64,000 nucleotides of DNA from Candidatus Woesebacteria bacterium (GTDB lineage: Bacteria > Patescibacteriota > Microgenomatia > UBA1400 > UBA12108): NCBI GenBank assembly GCA_018060845.1, contig JAGOVG010000001.1, positions 86,070 through 150,069 of the forward strand, in the 5' to 3' direction. The notes beneath the pieces were generated by a model. That model was not told the DNA's origin and searched no databases. It worked only from the letters and a program-made list of their open reading frames with translations. How positions within the stretch are numbered: the stretch's first letter is position 1; every line of letters starts with the position of its first letter. Positions 47,213-57,125 of the stretch are shown here, piece by piece. Position numbers and translations under genes: made by a program.

Positions 47213-48428
47213 GGGAGTAGTTTACTACTTTGAGATAGAGTAAGAGGATAAGTAATCCCTGTGGAGAAGTCAGAAGGTAATGATCGAGGAGAAGAAGAGG
47301 AAATAATGGGAGATAATCGTAAAGCCGTATAGCCGTATAGCCGTATAGCCGTATTAAATAAATGATTGATAGGATCCCAGCCAAGCCAAACCAGGAAACG
47401 AAGAGGGTAAAGCTATTGTGGTCGGGCTGGAGGAGTCTGAAAGTAGTGTTTAGTTGAGGGTAAGAGGCAATACTAGCTTGAGCTCCTGTACCAAATATCG
47501 GGTAGTTAGCGATAGCTTTTAGTGAAACAGATTGCAGCGAGAGGCGCTCGGATAGGGATAGATCAGCTCTCTCGGGAACAACCAATGACCAATAACCAAT
47601 TGCTAGTGAAAATAGGATTGCAAAATACAGGGCGCGGACTCGGAGAGATTTGAGCATATAAACTGGGATGATAATGCCAAACAATGACAAGAGAGCCGAT
47701 CTACTCTGGGTTAGCAACGCCCCTAGAATAGTTATTAAGAAATAACTGTAATTAATTACTATATTTTTACTAAACCGAAGAATTATGAGGAAGGTAATGA
47801 CTAGCCATCCAGCGAGGACGTTGGGGTGACCAAAAGTACCATAGGCGCGTAGCACTACCTGGTCCATAAACATGGCCAAGGCGACCCCAGGCTGGCCCAC
47901 AGATACCATCCGCTCGCCTAGGTAGTAGAGAGGTCCCTGAATAGAGCGACCAAGCCATACTTGGGTGACTGAAAGTGAGAGTTGAAAAAGCGAAGCGAGG
48001 AACAAACTAGTGGTTAATAGCTTTTGATTAATAATCAATGAGAATGAAGAAAAAAACGAAATATAGAGCAAGAGATGAAGAGACCAGGAGAGGGTGGAGA
48101 GAGGGTTAATACTAAAGATAAGGTTGGATAAGAGAAGAATAATAAAATATGGTGCGCCGTAAATCCGTAAACCTGCCTGCGCAGGCAGGCCCGTAAATCT
48201 GTTTAGTGATAAGTAAGATATTATTAATAGGTCGAGGAAGTAGAGGGTGGGGGAGAGATAGTCGACCCGGACCCCATAGATAAGGGACGAGCTCGGCCAG
48301 AAATGCAAGCCCAACTGGGTCGGGATGAGAAAAAGGATAAGAAAGAGTACGACCCTCTTAGTTTTTTGGAGCCAAGATGAGACGGCGATCGACCCCTTGT
48401 CCCTCGGAATAAGTTGTGAGCGTTTCAT
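47190..48428 (-). CDS. O-antigen ligase/polymerase-like (Wzy_C-like) membrane protein
   Basis: Polytopic with an extracytoplasmic loop YPIFGTGAQAS. The 5' end overlaps jag, so the true start is probably internal. Confidence 0.4.
   Translation of the reverse strand: MKRSQLIPRDKGSIAVSSWLQKTKRVVLFLILFLIPTQLGLHFWPSSSLIYGVRVDYLSPTLYFLDLLIISYLSLNRFTGLPAQAGLRIYGAPYFIILLLSNLIFSINPLSTLSWSLHLLLYISFFSSFSLIINQKLLTTSLFLASLFQLSLSVTQVWLGRSIQGPLYYLGERMVSVGQPGVALAMFMDQVVLRAYGTFGHPNVLAGWLVITFLIILRFSKNIVINYSYFLITILGALLTQSRSALLSLFGIIIPVYMLKSLRVRALYFAILFSLAIGYWSLVVPERADLSLSERLSLQSVSLKAIANYPIFGTGAQASIASYPQLNTTFRLLQPDHNSFTLFVSWFGLAGILSIIYLIRLYGYTAIRLYDYLPLFPLLLLDHYLLTSPQGLLILLLYLKVVNYSHVQKHRE
47318..47356. repeat. 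CCGTATAG tandem octamer array (x3-4) in-frame at the 3' end of the ligase-like gene
   Basis: CGTAAAGCCGTATAGCCGTATAGCCGTATAGCCGTATTA encodes IRLYGYTAIRLY on the minus strand. Confidence 0.7.
48157..48205. repeat. CCGTAAATCCGTAAA micro-array flanking an 18-bp palindrome, in-frame in the ligase-like gene
   Basis: CCGTAAATCCGTAAACC-TGCCTGCGCAGGCAGG-CCCGTAAATCTG encodes RFTGLPAQAGLRIYG on the minus strand. Confidence 0.65.
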
Positions 48429-48804
48429 GATCTTGGAAGATAAGGTGAACAGCGCGCCTGTCGGTCGAACTGAGAGGAGGGAAAGCGTGAGGAGTGCCAG
48501 TTGCCTCTACCTCGGCGCTTATGCGCTCTGCCATGCTACCCAACACACTCATTCTCTCTTGTCGATAACCACCAACGTCAACTGAAACATGGAGATGGGA
48601 GGTATTACCATTATTAATCATTAAAGAAATAATTAACTGGAGCGAATCGAGTGTGGCAGCATAGCGACCAATAAAGCGACCAGATTCTTCACTTGGAACA
48701 TCTAGTGTTATGGTTAGCATGTCGCCATCTTCACTGATCTGAACCTGATCACTAGTTAGACCAAAGTAGCTAAAGAACTGATTAATTAGATCTTGATATT
48801 GCAT
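48358..48804 (-). CDS. jag: Jag/KhpB RNA-binding protein (KH + R3H domains)
   Basis: C-terminal R3H motif RRAVHLIFQDHETLTTYSEGQGVDRRLIL. Conserved position after yidC. Confidence 0.7.
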   Translation of the reverse strand: MQYQDLINQFFSYFGLTSDQVQISEDGDMLTITLDVPSEESGRFIGRYAATLDSLQLIISLMINNGNTSHLHVSVDVGGYRQERMSVLGSMAERISAEVEATGTPHAFPPLSSTDRRAVHLIFQDHETLTTYSEGQGVDRRLILAPKN

Positions 48805-48814
48805 AGATTCCTTT

Positions 48815-49549
48815 TTATTTATTAAACATTTTGCTAATTTTGGCCCAGTAGAGAGTAATCCCGCCGGGACCAGAGACTACTAATTGCTGTACGAGTGAAA
48901 AGCCTGTGGTAATAACCCAGTAGAGAGCGAGGCCTGAGGGGAACTGGAGTGAGAAGATAACCGTCATGATTGGCATCATAAAAACCATTTGTTGTTGCAT
49001 GCTCGTTGCCATCTCGGCAATGTCTTCTTTTTGTTCTTTGGTACCTTCTCGCTTAGCTGGCTCGTTTTCTATCGCAGGAAGTAGGGCAACAGAAGTAATA
49101 AACTGTAAGATGCCGGCGAGCACCGGGAGGACGTAGGTAGTGTCCTTAACTTTGAGATCCCACCAGAGGAAAAGTGAATTTATCTCGCCCATGCCATTGC
49201 CACCCAAGGTGTTCATAAAGACCTGGTACAGTGCAATTAAGACTATAAACTGGGCAATAAAGGGTAGGCAGCCAGCAGCGGGGTTGATCTGATTCTTTTG
49301 ATATAGCTCGAGAGTCTTTTGCTGTAAGAGCTTGGCATCGCTGCCGTGTTTTTTCTTAAGTGCATCCAACTCGGGTTTAAGCGCAGCCATCTTTTTGGCT
49401 GATTTCATCTGGGGGAGGGTGAACGGGATTAAAACTGTGCGAACCAAGAGGGTGAGCGCGATGATAGCAAAACCTAGATTGTTGCCGGTTGCACCATAGA
49501 GCCAGGTCAAGGTATTTAGAATGGGTTGGTAGACGAGTTGGTTGTACAT
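48815..49549 (-). CDS. yidC: Membrane protein insertase YidC (short form)
   Basis: LLVRTVLIPFTLPQMKS...NPAAGCLPFIAQFIVLIALYQV...FPSGLALYWVITTGFSLVQQ. Confidence 0.85.
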   Translation of the reverse strand: MYNQLVYQPILNTLTWLYGATGNNLGFAIIALTLLVRTVLIPFTLPQMKSAKKMAALKPELDALKKKHGSDAKLLQQKTLELYQKNQINPAAGCLPFIAQFIVLIALYQVFMNTLGGNGMGEINSLFLWWDLKVKDTTYVLPVLAGILQFITSVALLPAIENEPAKREGTKEQKEDIAEMATSMQQQMVFMMPIMTVIFSLQFPSGLALYWVITTGFSLVQQLVVSGPGGITLYWAKISKMFNK

Positions 49550-49585
49550 AGTAGTTTTTAAGTTTAAAGTAGCAAGTTTATAAAG

Positions 49586-49801
49586 TTAGGGGATGGGATC
49601 ATAACCACCCTTGCTCCATGGGTGACATTTTAACAGCCTTATGACAGATAACCAAGCACCCTTGAGTAGTCCGTGTTTTTTAAATGCCTGACTGGCGTAG
49701 AGCGAACAAGTGGGAGAGTAGCGACATGAACCTCGAGAGATGCCAAGGTTTATAGAAATTACTTTGAGGTAAGGTGAGAGCTTTCGGTATAGCTTATACA
49801 T
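49586..49801 (-). CDS. yidD: Membrane protein insertion efficiency factor YidD
   Basis: [46 protein letters not shown]. Confidence 0.8.
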   Translation of the reverse strand: MYKLYRKLSPYLKVISINLGISRGSCRYSPTCSLYASQAFKKHGLLKGAWLSVIRLLKCHPWSKGGYDPIP

Positions 49802-50117
49802 GGAGCTCGGTGAGTAATAGCTGCTTAGTAGGCGTAGTTTTTTTTAACGACATAGGTTTGAACACCACAACCACGTCCATTTTTTGGTCTTTGATTTGGG
49901 GCCAGAGCGTATCGTATACCAGGCGCTTGAGATAGTTGCGAGTAGTTGCGAGTTTGTTTACTTTTTTGGGGATTATTACTCCGAGGCGAGCGGGGGAAGA
50001 GGTAGCTAGTATGTGTGTGGTAAAAACTGAGGAGACTACTCTTTTGGCGCGAGAGCGAAATCTAAGAAAATCGGTACGGAGAGGGAATTTGCGGGAATGA
50101 GGAATCATATACAACAA
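49794..50117 (-). CDS. rnpA: RNase P protein component
   Basis: Basic small protein ([23 protein letters not shown]) between rpmH and yidD. Confidence 0.7.
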   Translation of the reverse strand: MLYMIPHSRKFPLRTDFLRFRSRAKRVVSSVFTTHILATSSPARLGVIIPKKVNKLATTRNYLKRLVYDTLWPQIKDQKMDVVVVFKPMSLKKTTPTKQLLLTELHV

Positions 50118-50159
50118 ATGTACACCAATTATTAATTTACAATTTGAAAGTTGAGAGAC

Positions 50160-50294
50160 TTAGACGGTTAGGCTACGTCTGCCAGATTGGCGGCGGCGAG
50201 AGAGGACGAGGCGACCCTTGTGGGTAGCCATGCGGGCACGGAAACCATGTACTCTTACTCTTTTTTTCTTTTTTGGCTGGTAGGTTTGTTTCAT
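50160..50294 (-). CDS. rpmH: 50S ribosomal protein L34
   Basis: [44 protein letters not shown], 44 aa, from the internal ATG of the listed 77-aa ORF. Confidence 0.9.
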   Translation of the reverse strand: MKQTYQPKKKKRVRVHGFRARMATHKGRLVLSRRRQSGRRSLTV

Positions 50295-50425
50295 GTGATG
50301 GATTATAAGCGATGAGAGGGGATTTGTCACTGTGGGATACAGTTGTGCCCTATTTTCAATTGTGGAAAAAATGGGGATAATTGATCCAATCACTAGTTTA
50401 TATAACTGCCCCGGAATAACAGAGT

Positions 50426-51772
50426 ATGGATGCTACCTCAGTATGGAGAGCGGTATTAACCGATCTAGAACTTACATTGTCTAAGACGTATTTTGCTGGA
50501 TATATCAAACCTTTATCGCTCATCTCATTAGAACAAGAGGGTGGTCGCGTAACCGCAACCATATTGTCTCCCACCAAATACCACGTCCAGATGATGGATG
50601 AAAAATATGGGAAGCACGTAATAAAGGCGATTGAGAGAGTAGTTAACAGCCCATGCACCATTAAGTACGAAATAGGCAAGGAGGGGGGAATGGAGCAGAC
50701 TGGCTCTATGCCACTATTTCAGCCGGCTCCCAAAGTAAGTGCTCCGATAGGGAGCGGATCACACAACCTTAATCCAAGGTTAACTTTTGACACTTATATT
50801 GTTGGTTCTTCGAACAACTTTGCATATGCTGCAGCACAAGGAGCGGCCAAGAGTCCTGGAACGAGATATAACCCTTTGTTTATTTATGGCGGAGTAGGAC
50901 TTGGTAAGACCCACCTTATGCATGCCATAGGTCACGCCGTGTACGCAGACCATCCAGACTGGGACATTATGTATATCTCGGCAGAGACCTTTGGGAGCGA
51001 TTTGATTGCGAGCTTACAGAACAAGAGAACGGCGGCGTTTAAAAAGAAGTATCGTGCGCCAAACCTACTACTAATCGATGACATTCAGTTTATTGCCGGC
51101 AAAGAATATATACAAGAAGAGTTTTTTCACACCTTTAACGAGTTATATATGTCTCAAAGACAGATTGTCCTCACATCTGACAGACCCCCACAAGAGATCT
51201 CACGACTAGAAGAGCGGCTCTCCTCCCGATTTATGGGTGGACTCATGGTGGATGTACAAAGCCCTGACTTTGAGACAAGAACTGCGATTTTGACGCAAAA
51301 ATGTATTGTGCTAGGACTCGAGGTTTCGCCAGACCTAATTGCACTAGTTGCCGAGAAGGCGGTGGGTAATATCCGTGAGCTAGAGGGAACTCTCCAAGCA
51401 ATAATTGCCAAGTCACATTCAGAAAAGAGACCAATAGATCAAGACCTGATTAGAGAAAACTTTGGAGCATCGTCTGAGCGGCGAAATCACCGGATTAGGC
51501 CACAATCAGTAATAAATAAGACTGCTCAATATTTTAGTTACAAAGTAACAGAGTTAACGGGGGCGAGCCGCAAGGCACCGCTGACAGCGGCAAGGCACAC
51601 TGCGATGTATTTGTTATATGAAGAGTTGTCACTACCATACGTGCAAATAGGGGAGCTGTTTGGCGGGAGAGATCATACAACCATAATCCACGCGGTTGAA
51701 AAGATTAAAGAAGAGTTAAAAACTAATCCTCAACTCTCAAAGACTCTGGCAGACATAAGACATGATTTATGA
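50426..51772 (+). CDS. dnaA: Chromosomal replication initiator protein DnaA
   Basis: AAA+ Walker [14 protein letters not shown], Walker [11 protein letters not shown]-terminal DnaA-box-binding HTH ([11 protein letters not shown]). Confidence 0.93.
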   Translation: MDATSVWRAVLTDLELTLSKTYFAGYIKPLSLISLEQEGGRVTATILSPTKYHVQMMDEKYGKHVIKAIERVVNSPCTIKYEIGKEGGMEQTGSMPLFQPAPKVSAPIGSGSHNLNPRLTFDTYIVGSSNNFAYAAAQGAAKSPGTRYNPLFIYGGVGLGKTHLMHAIGHAVYADHPDWDIMYISAETFGSDLIASLQNKRTAAFKKKYRAPNLLLIDDIQFIAGKEYIQEEFFHTFNELYMSQRQIVLTSDRPPQEISRLEERLSSRFMGGLMVDVQSPDFETRTAILTQKCIVLGLEVSPDLIALVAEKAVGNIRELEGTLQAIIAKSHSEKRPIDQDLIRENFGASSERRNHRIRPQSVINKTAQYFSYKVTELTGASRKAPLTAARHTAMYLLYEELSLPYVQIGELFGGRDHTTIIHAVEKIKEELKTNPQLSKTLADIRHDL

Positions 51773-51775
51773 GGC

Positions 51776-52010
51776 CCGCAAGTTATCCACATCAGTTGTG
51801 GATAAGTATGAGGAAAAGTAAGGGAAAAGATGAGGATAACTTGAGGATAATGGTGGATAAGTCGGTTATCAACAATAACCCTTTACTTATCCCCAAACCT
51901 ATCCGAGCGGTTATCCACACTACTAGCAGATAGGTATCCACTTATCCACTGACCCTACTATAATTACTAATTAATATTAAAGTGAATAGTCTATAGTACA
52001 TATAAGGGGA
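51776..52010. promoter_or_regulatory. oriC: DnaA-box cluster and AT-rich unwinding element between dnaA and dnaN
   Basis: TTATCCACA at 51784 and 51911. TGTGGATAA at 51797, forming a palindromic pair with the 51784 box. Near-consensus boxes TGGATAAG, TTATCCCCA, GTATCCACTTATCCACT. AT-rich stretch 51961-52005. Confidence 0.6.
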
Positions 52011-52013
52011 AAA

Positions 52014-53117
52014 ATGAAAATAGAAATCTTACAAGAAGAGTTATTAAAAGGCATGGCCGTTGTAATGAGAGCGGTTTCGAACCGTACCCAGCTACCAGTT
52101 TTATCTTCTATTAGGATTGAGGCTAAGCCAACGGAGATCGTTCTTTCGGCGACTGACCTAGAGATAGGGATCAGGTTAGTCATATCTGCAAAAGTTGAGG
52201 AAGTAGGAGTTTTTGCAGTACCTGCAAAAACCTTTAGCGAACTACTCTCTACTCTCTCGCCAGGCAAACTCTCGATGGAGCTAAAAGAGATGGTATTGAC
52301 TATAAAGTCAGGAAGTTTTAAGGGCAAGATAACGACTGTCGACGCATCCGAGTTTCCGGTGCTACCCACAATGAAAGAATCTTTGATTGAAATGTCTTCG
52401 AGTGAGTTATCTCAGGGTATTTTGAATGTGGGCTTTGCTAGCGCCAAGGATTCCCTACGTCCCGTCTTAACTGGCGTGCTTATGGAGGTCTCACAGAGTC
52501 TGCGATTGGTAGCGACCGATGGATTCCGCCTAGCGGTAGCTACGGTCAAAATAAAAGGCTCTACAGCGACCCAGGGACTATCACTACTAGTTCCGGCACG
52601 AGCACTTTTTGAGTGTGGCAAAATTATCAAAGAGGGAGTGATTAAAATAGGATACCTACCAGAATCTAAGCAGGTATTGTTTGAAGGGGAGCAGTTGTTG
52701 TTTATTACTCAGATAATAGAGGGCAACTTTCCTGACTACAATAAAATCTTGCCCAAAGAGTTTGTGGAGAGGATAACTCTATCCAGAGAAGAGCTTCTGG
52801 GTGCTGTAAAAACAGCGCTTGTTTTTGCGAGAGATAACTCAAATATGATGAAGTGGACGGTTACACGTGGCAAGCTATCGGTAGCTGCTAGCTCGACAGG
52901 AAGTGGGGAGGGCTCGATTGAGGTGGGAGCCAAGACGGAGGGTGAGGAATCGCTAGAGGTTATTTTTAACGCAAAGTATGTGATGGATTATCTACAGCTA
53001 TTGAGCACAGAGTCGATCTGGATTGGGCTTGGTGGTAAGCTGGCACCAGGAATGATTGCGGAGAGTGACGCGGGTCGCGAAAATACTTTTTATGTAGTGA
53101 TGCCGATAAATGCGTGA
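52014..53117 (+). CDS. dnaN: DNA polymerase III beta subunit (sliding clamp)
   Basis: 367 aa, three-domain clamp, MKIEILQEELLKG...VMPINA. Confidence 0.9.
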   Translation: MKIEILQEELLKGMAVVMRAVSNRTQLPVLSSIRIEAKPTEIVLSATDLEIGIRLVISAKVEEVGVFAVPAKTFSELLSTLSPGKLSMELKEMVLTIKSGSFKGKITTVDASEFPVLPTMKESLIEMSSSELSQGILNVGFASAKDSLRPVLTGVLMEVSQSLRLVATDGFRLAVATVKIKGSTATQGLSLLVPARALFECGKIIKEGVIKIGYLPESKQVLFEGEQLLFITQIIEGNFPDYNKILPKEFVERITLSREELLGAVKTALVFARDNSNMMKWTVTRGKLSVAASSTGSGEGSIEVGAKTEGEESLEVIFNAKYVMDYLQLLSTESIWIGLGGKLAPGMIAESDAGRENTFYVVMPINA

Positions 53118-53168
53118 TACTGGACAATCGGAAAACTCGGGGTGTCGGCTGGTCGGCGATTCAGTAGA

Positions 53169-55052
53169 TCAGATAGTTGGTTTATCAGGTGGAGTCGGTG
53201 GAGTATTGAGTTTTTGGGCGAGGGTAACCTGAGCTTGTTTGATTGCCTGAGCCTCGGCTTCTTCTTTTTTACGAAGAGTCTCTCTAGGATCGGTGGTAAT
53301 GAGCGCGTGTTCTTCGGGGGACGCGACGACTCGCATGGCAACGTGGTTTTGGCCGGCGAAGAATAGAGACTCCCCCACCTCGGCAGTGAGGAGTAGGTGA
53401 CGCTCACCCTGTGAGAGATAGAAGACGTTAGCTAGTTTTTCAATAGCACTAGTGCTTTGTTTCATTAAAACCTGAATACTGGCGTTACTAACAATAGCCT
53501 TCCCGTGATCGTCTTTTAAGAAGTCTTCGACATCTTGAGTAATGGTAGTTAGACCCAAGAAATATTTGCGAGCCCGTTTGGCAATGCCATAGAGGAAAGT
53601 GGCGGAGTCCTCGTTTTTCATAAGATACCAGGCTTCATCAACCACCAAGAGACGACGCTTTAAATCTCTTTTTACCTTGGTCCAGATATAGTCGAGAATA
53701 ATGAAGATGGCGGTAGGGCGGAGCTCATCCTGAAGGTTTTTAATACCAAAGACAGTTAGCTGTTTGCCAAAGTCCACATTACTTTTTTGGGAGAAAATAC
53801 CCTGAAAACTACCCTTAACATATTTTTCGAGGCGGTCGGCTAGGCCGCGAGCTACCGCTTCTTCCATTCCAACTAGAGCTTTATAGAGATCTTCCATCAG
53901 GGGTGGTTCATTTTTATGAGTAGCAGGATCACGATTTATGCCTTTCATTTGATAGGTCATGACAAGAGCGCGGTCGAGTAGGGCCTCTTCTTGGGCAGTC
54001 ACGTCGCCGAGCATGATTTTGAGTAGTGAGTGGAGCGAGATAATTTTCATAGCCAGTTCGTTTTCGTCAGGCTCGGCAAGTTGAGGGAGCTCAAAGGGGT
54101 TAATACGATTGGGGCTAGTAAAACTAAAGTCGATATAGGTACCGTTTACGGTCTGGGACATTTTACGGTACTCGTCTTCGGGGTCGATAATGATTACCTC
54201 GGTCTCAAATAGTAGTGAGCGGAGGATCTCTAGCTTGACCATGTAACTTTTACCAGAGCCAGACTTAGCAAAGACAACCATGTTGGCATTCTCGAGACTA
54301 AAACGGTCAAAAACCACAAGACTATCGTTGTGTTCGTTGATCCCGTACATAATGCCTTCGTTGGCGGTTAACTCACTGCTAGTAAATGGGAAGGTGGTCG
54401 CTAGGCTGGTCGTGTCCATGTTGCGGTTGATTTTGAGGAAGTCTTTACCCATAGGGAGAGTGGTTTTGAAGCCGTCTTCGATCTGGAGAGTGGCGGTCTT
54501 GGCTACGATAAGGAGAGCTCCTAGAGTTGATTTAATATGATTGGTAACTTTGTCGAGCGCGTCTTTTTTGTCGTCGCGAATAGTAATGTAGAGACCAAAC
54601 TGGAAGAAACGTTCGGCGCCTTTGGCGAGTTGTTCTTGGAGACTACGTGCATCTTCTAGTTTGACCTGGGTATCAATATTGATAATCTTGCCTCGTTGAA
54701 TATCACCTTGTAGCTCCGCCTCCATCTCGGCAATCTTGCGTCTTAGATCCTCAATAACCCCCTTGCCATCGACGGGGTAAATAAACATTGAAATGGAGAG
54801 GGAGTGGGGGAAGTTGATGAGGGGAGAGAGCCAGTTGGCGTTGACGAAGCGGGGGTAGCCGGCGACAAAGAGAGTGCGGTAGTAGGTGTCGTTAATCTTG
54901 ACGTCTGACCAGTCAACTTCGATTGCCTCTGGTGCAATTATATCTTTGACGTTGGTGGTGCCAGTTGAGAGGACTTGGACGGCGGCAGGAACTCCGGAAT
55001 TAGCGTCTTCGGTCGGTTTCTTTTTGCCAGCAAAAGGAAAGGGCAAGTTCAT
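53169..55052 (-). CDS. VirB4/TrsE-like type IV secretion (conjugal transfer) ATPase
   Basis: Walker A FAKSGSGKSY, Walker B LLVVDEAWYLM, IIIDPEDEY, Gram-positive VirB4-like architecture, 627 aa. Confidence 0.75.
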   Translation of the reverse strand: MNLPFPFAGKKKPTEDANSGVPAAVQVLSTGTTNVKDIIAPEAIEVDWSDVKINDTYYRTLFVAGYPRFVNANWLSPLINFPHSLSISMFIYPVDGKGVIEDLRRKIAEMEAELQGDIQRGKIINIDTQVKLEDARSLQEQLAKGAERFFQFGLYITIRDDKKDALDKVTNHIKSTLGALLIVAKTATLQIEDGFKTTLPMGKDFLKINRNMDTTSLATTFPFTSSELTANEGIMYGINEHNDSLVVFDRFSLENANMVVFAKSGSGKSYMVKLEILRSLLFETEVIIIDPEDEYRKMSQTVNGTYIDFSFTSPNRINPFELPQLAEPDENELAMKIISLHSLLKIMLGDVTAQEEALLDRALVMTYQMKGINRDPATHKNEPPLMEDLYKALVGMEEAVARGLADRLEKYVKGSFQGIFSQKSNVDFGKQLTVFGIKNLQDELRPTAIFIILDYIWTKVKRDLKRRLLVVDEAWYLMKNEDSATFLYGIAKRARKYFLGLTTITQDVEDFLKDDHGKAIVSNASIQVLMKQSTSAIEKLANVFYLSQGERHLLLTAEVGESLFFAGQNHVAMRVVASPEEHALITTDPRETLRKKEEAEAQAIKQAQVTLAQKLNTPPTPPDKPTI

Positions 55053-55221
55053 ATGGATTTAGTATAACGCATTAATTAGACTGAGTGTCGCGATTTTGCA
55101 GTCCTCACAGCTATCTGACGTATCAGAGGAGACGCTCCGGGCTGAAAATCATCGCCACTCAGTCTTTGTAAATAACTTTCTTAGCAATACTTAGAGAGAT
55201 GGCGGTAGTTATGTATGGCCA

Positions 55222-55266
55222 GGCCTGCGCTAAATTTTTCTTTGTGAAACTACGTCTACGCCGACA
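55222..55266. repeat. Conserved ~45-bp intergenic element, copy A (upstream of the VirB4-like gene)
   Basis: GGCCTGCGCTAAATTTTTCTTTGTGAAACTACGTCTACGCCGACAC is about 85 percent identical to copy B. Confidence 0.55.
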
Positions 55267-55274
55267 CACAAAAA

Positions 55275-55913
55275 CTATTTAGCAATATTTGGGGCGACGA
55301 CAGGTGTTTCGTAATCTGAGGCGGTCGTGAATTTTTGACCTTTAACGGTTGAATTATAGTAACCGTGGAAGAGTTTCATGAGGTTCTGGCTATTTAACTG
55401 CTGGGCGGTTAAACCAATCCTAGTTAACTGCTTGATAATATGGTCTCTTTTTGGCTCGAGGTCGGCCTTGGCGCGACTTAGGAGTTCTTCGGTTACCTCA
55501 ACTTTGCCTGACAGTGTGACCATTTGGTAGGAGACGATGATATAGAATTTTTTATCGAGCACATTTTGCTCTTGGATGGTGGTCTCGATAAAGTTCCTAT
55601 ACTGCGACATGCGGGTTTTCATGGTTTCGTCTTTGAGTTTCTTTTCCTGAGTAACCAGGAGCTCTAGGTAACTACTGATGTCTTTTTTCTCGGATTTGAT
55701 TACCATCTGGACGGGGAAGCTAAGTGAGTTGAGGAGGCCGGCATACGCGTAGATGGTCGCATCCTGTTCTTCTTCGGAGAGGAGACCAAAGTTGATGGCT
55801 GAAGTTTGGATTACGACGCTTATTAGGCCACCGCGGAGGACCACCACATCATCTTGAATGGTTTCGACCTCGAGATGATCTTGGGTTGTTGCGACGATGA
55901 TTGAGTCAGACAT
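55275..55913 (-). CDS. Hypothetical T4SS-associated protein
   Basis: 212-aa ORF between PrgI-like and VirB4-like genes. No recognised motif. Confidence 0.35.
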   Translation of the reverse strand: MSDSIIVATTQDHLEVETIQDDVVVLRGGLISVVIQTSAINFGLLSEEEQDATIYAYAGLLNSLSFPVQMVIKSEKKDISSYLELLVTQEKKLKDETMKTRMSQYRNFIETTIQEQNVLDKKFYIIVSYQMVTLSGKVEVTEELLSRAKADLEPKRDHIIKQLTRIGLTAQQLNSQNLMKLFHGYYNSTVKGQKFTTASDYETPVVAPNIAK

Positions 55914-56008
55914 CTTTTTAGTATATCAGCTTCGGTTCGGTGCGTTTCACGCGAAAAAGCGGTCTGACTGCGTCTGGTGTCGCAGCGACCTCGAGTTCGG
56001 CCTACCCG

Positions 56009-56053
56009 GCCTGCACTAAATTTTTCTTAGTGAAATCGCGCCTCGCCGGCCCT
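56009..56053. repeat. Conserved ~45-bp intergenic element, copy B (upstream of 55275..55913)
   Basis: GGCCTGCACTAAATTTTTCTTAGTGAAATCGCGCCTCGCCGGCCC. Confidence 0.55.
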
Positions 56054-56057
56054 GCTA

Positions 56058-57080
56058 TTATCCTGTGGCCTGTATCTCGAAAGGTTGGATAATAGTGTCG
56101 TTGATAACTAGTTGCTGAGCGGGGAAGGTGTGACCATCTGACTCGACTTCGAGGCGGTAGGTCCCAGGAGATAGAGGGGTGCTAGTCGCAAACTGGCCGA
56201 GTGCGTTGGTTTTCATGGCGCGGGCTGGGACACCAGTTGAATCTAGTACCTGAACTATCGCACCCTCGACCAACTTGCCTGCTGGGTCGGTTGTGATCCC
56301 AACAATAAGATTGGGTGAGCGAGGTGGGACGGGGAGATTAATTGATTTGAGTTTGGTGGTGGCTTTGGTTTGGGGAGCTGGTGTGGCTGCTATGGGCGCG
56401 GCAGAAAAGATGAGATTGTCTGGAATTGACGACTCTTGTGGTTTGTCTGACTTTACCACTGGTTTGTCGACGACGGTCGGCTGGACTGGGGGAATCACGA
56501 CAGGAGTAGCTTTGGTCGGGGGCGGGGCAACTGTGTCTTCTACTGCTTTGAGTTTGCGTACAGTGACACCAGGCTTGTCAAAAGTAATTTCTGGTTTAGG
56601 GGTCGAATTAACTGGGGCAGATGGCATAGTAGTAAAAATGGAATTAAGGGCTTTGAGTTGCGAATTTTCTCCTTCGCTATAATCGGAGGGTGCTATAGTA
56701 GTGGATTTGATTGTGGGAGCCTTGATGGTTTTGGTGACTGTGTTGGTTGGGGCTATCTGATGAGCCGTAAAGGTAAAAATGTTAGGGATTTTGTTAGTTT
56801 TTTTCCAGGTGAAACGAGTGGGTTTGTAGATAGCGTGTACAAAATTAATAATCCATTGATCGAGTGGGCGGTCTTCGATGGGGAAGAAAGCTAGGGCGAT
56901 ACCAAAAAAAACGGAGAGGAGAATCAGAGGTGCTTTAAAGATAAAGAGTAGGTTGCTACTGTAGAAAAGAAATGCGAGCACTAGTCCGGATGCTAGTTCG
57001 AGAAACTGTTTGAGAGTCATGTCTCCAACAAGACGGAACTGATACTGAGTGACGTTTTGGGGCACTGGATGCTGGTTCAT
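56058..57080 (-). CDS. PrgI-family (VirB3-like) membrane protein with C-terminal carboxypeptidase-regulatory-like beta domain
   Basis: N-terminus PVPQNVTQYQFRLVGDMTLKQFLEL plus two TM helices, typical of PrgI/VirB3 of Gram-positive T4SS. Pro/Thr-rich linker. C-terminal GAIVQVLDSTGVPA...GTYRLEV. Confidence 0.5.
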   Translation of the reverse strand: MNQHPVPQNVTQYQFRLVGDMTLKQFLELASGLVLAFLFYSSNLLFIFKAPLILLSVFFGIALAFFPIEDRPLDQWIINFVHAIYKPTRFTWKKTNKIPNIFTFTAHQIAPTNTVTKTIKAPTIKSTTIAPSDYSEGENSQLKALNSIFTTMPSAPVNSTPKPEITFDKPGVTVRKLKAVEDTVAPPPTKATPVVIPPVQPTVVDKPVVKSDKPQESSIPDNLIFSAAPIAATPAPQTKATTKLKSINLPVPPRSPNLIVGITTDPAGKLVEGAIVQVLDSTGVPARAMKTNALGQFATSTPLSPGTYRLEVESDGHTFPAQQLVINDTIIQPFEIQATG

Positions 57081-57125
57081 TAATACAGTATAAAGTACCG
57101 AGTAAAAAGTACCTAGTGTGCGAAG

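Noticed and set aside
50295-50425. Second oriC DnaA-box cluster in the rpmH-dnaA spacer
   Set aside because: Only weak partial boxes (TGTGGAAAA, GGGGATAAT) are present. The dnaA-dnaN spacer is much richer, so only that one is annotated.
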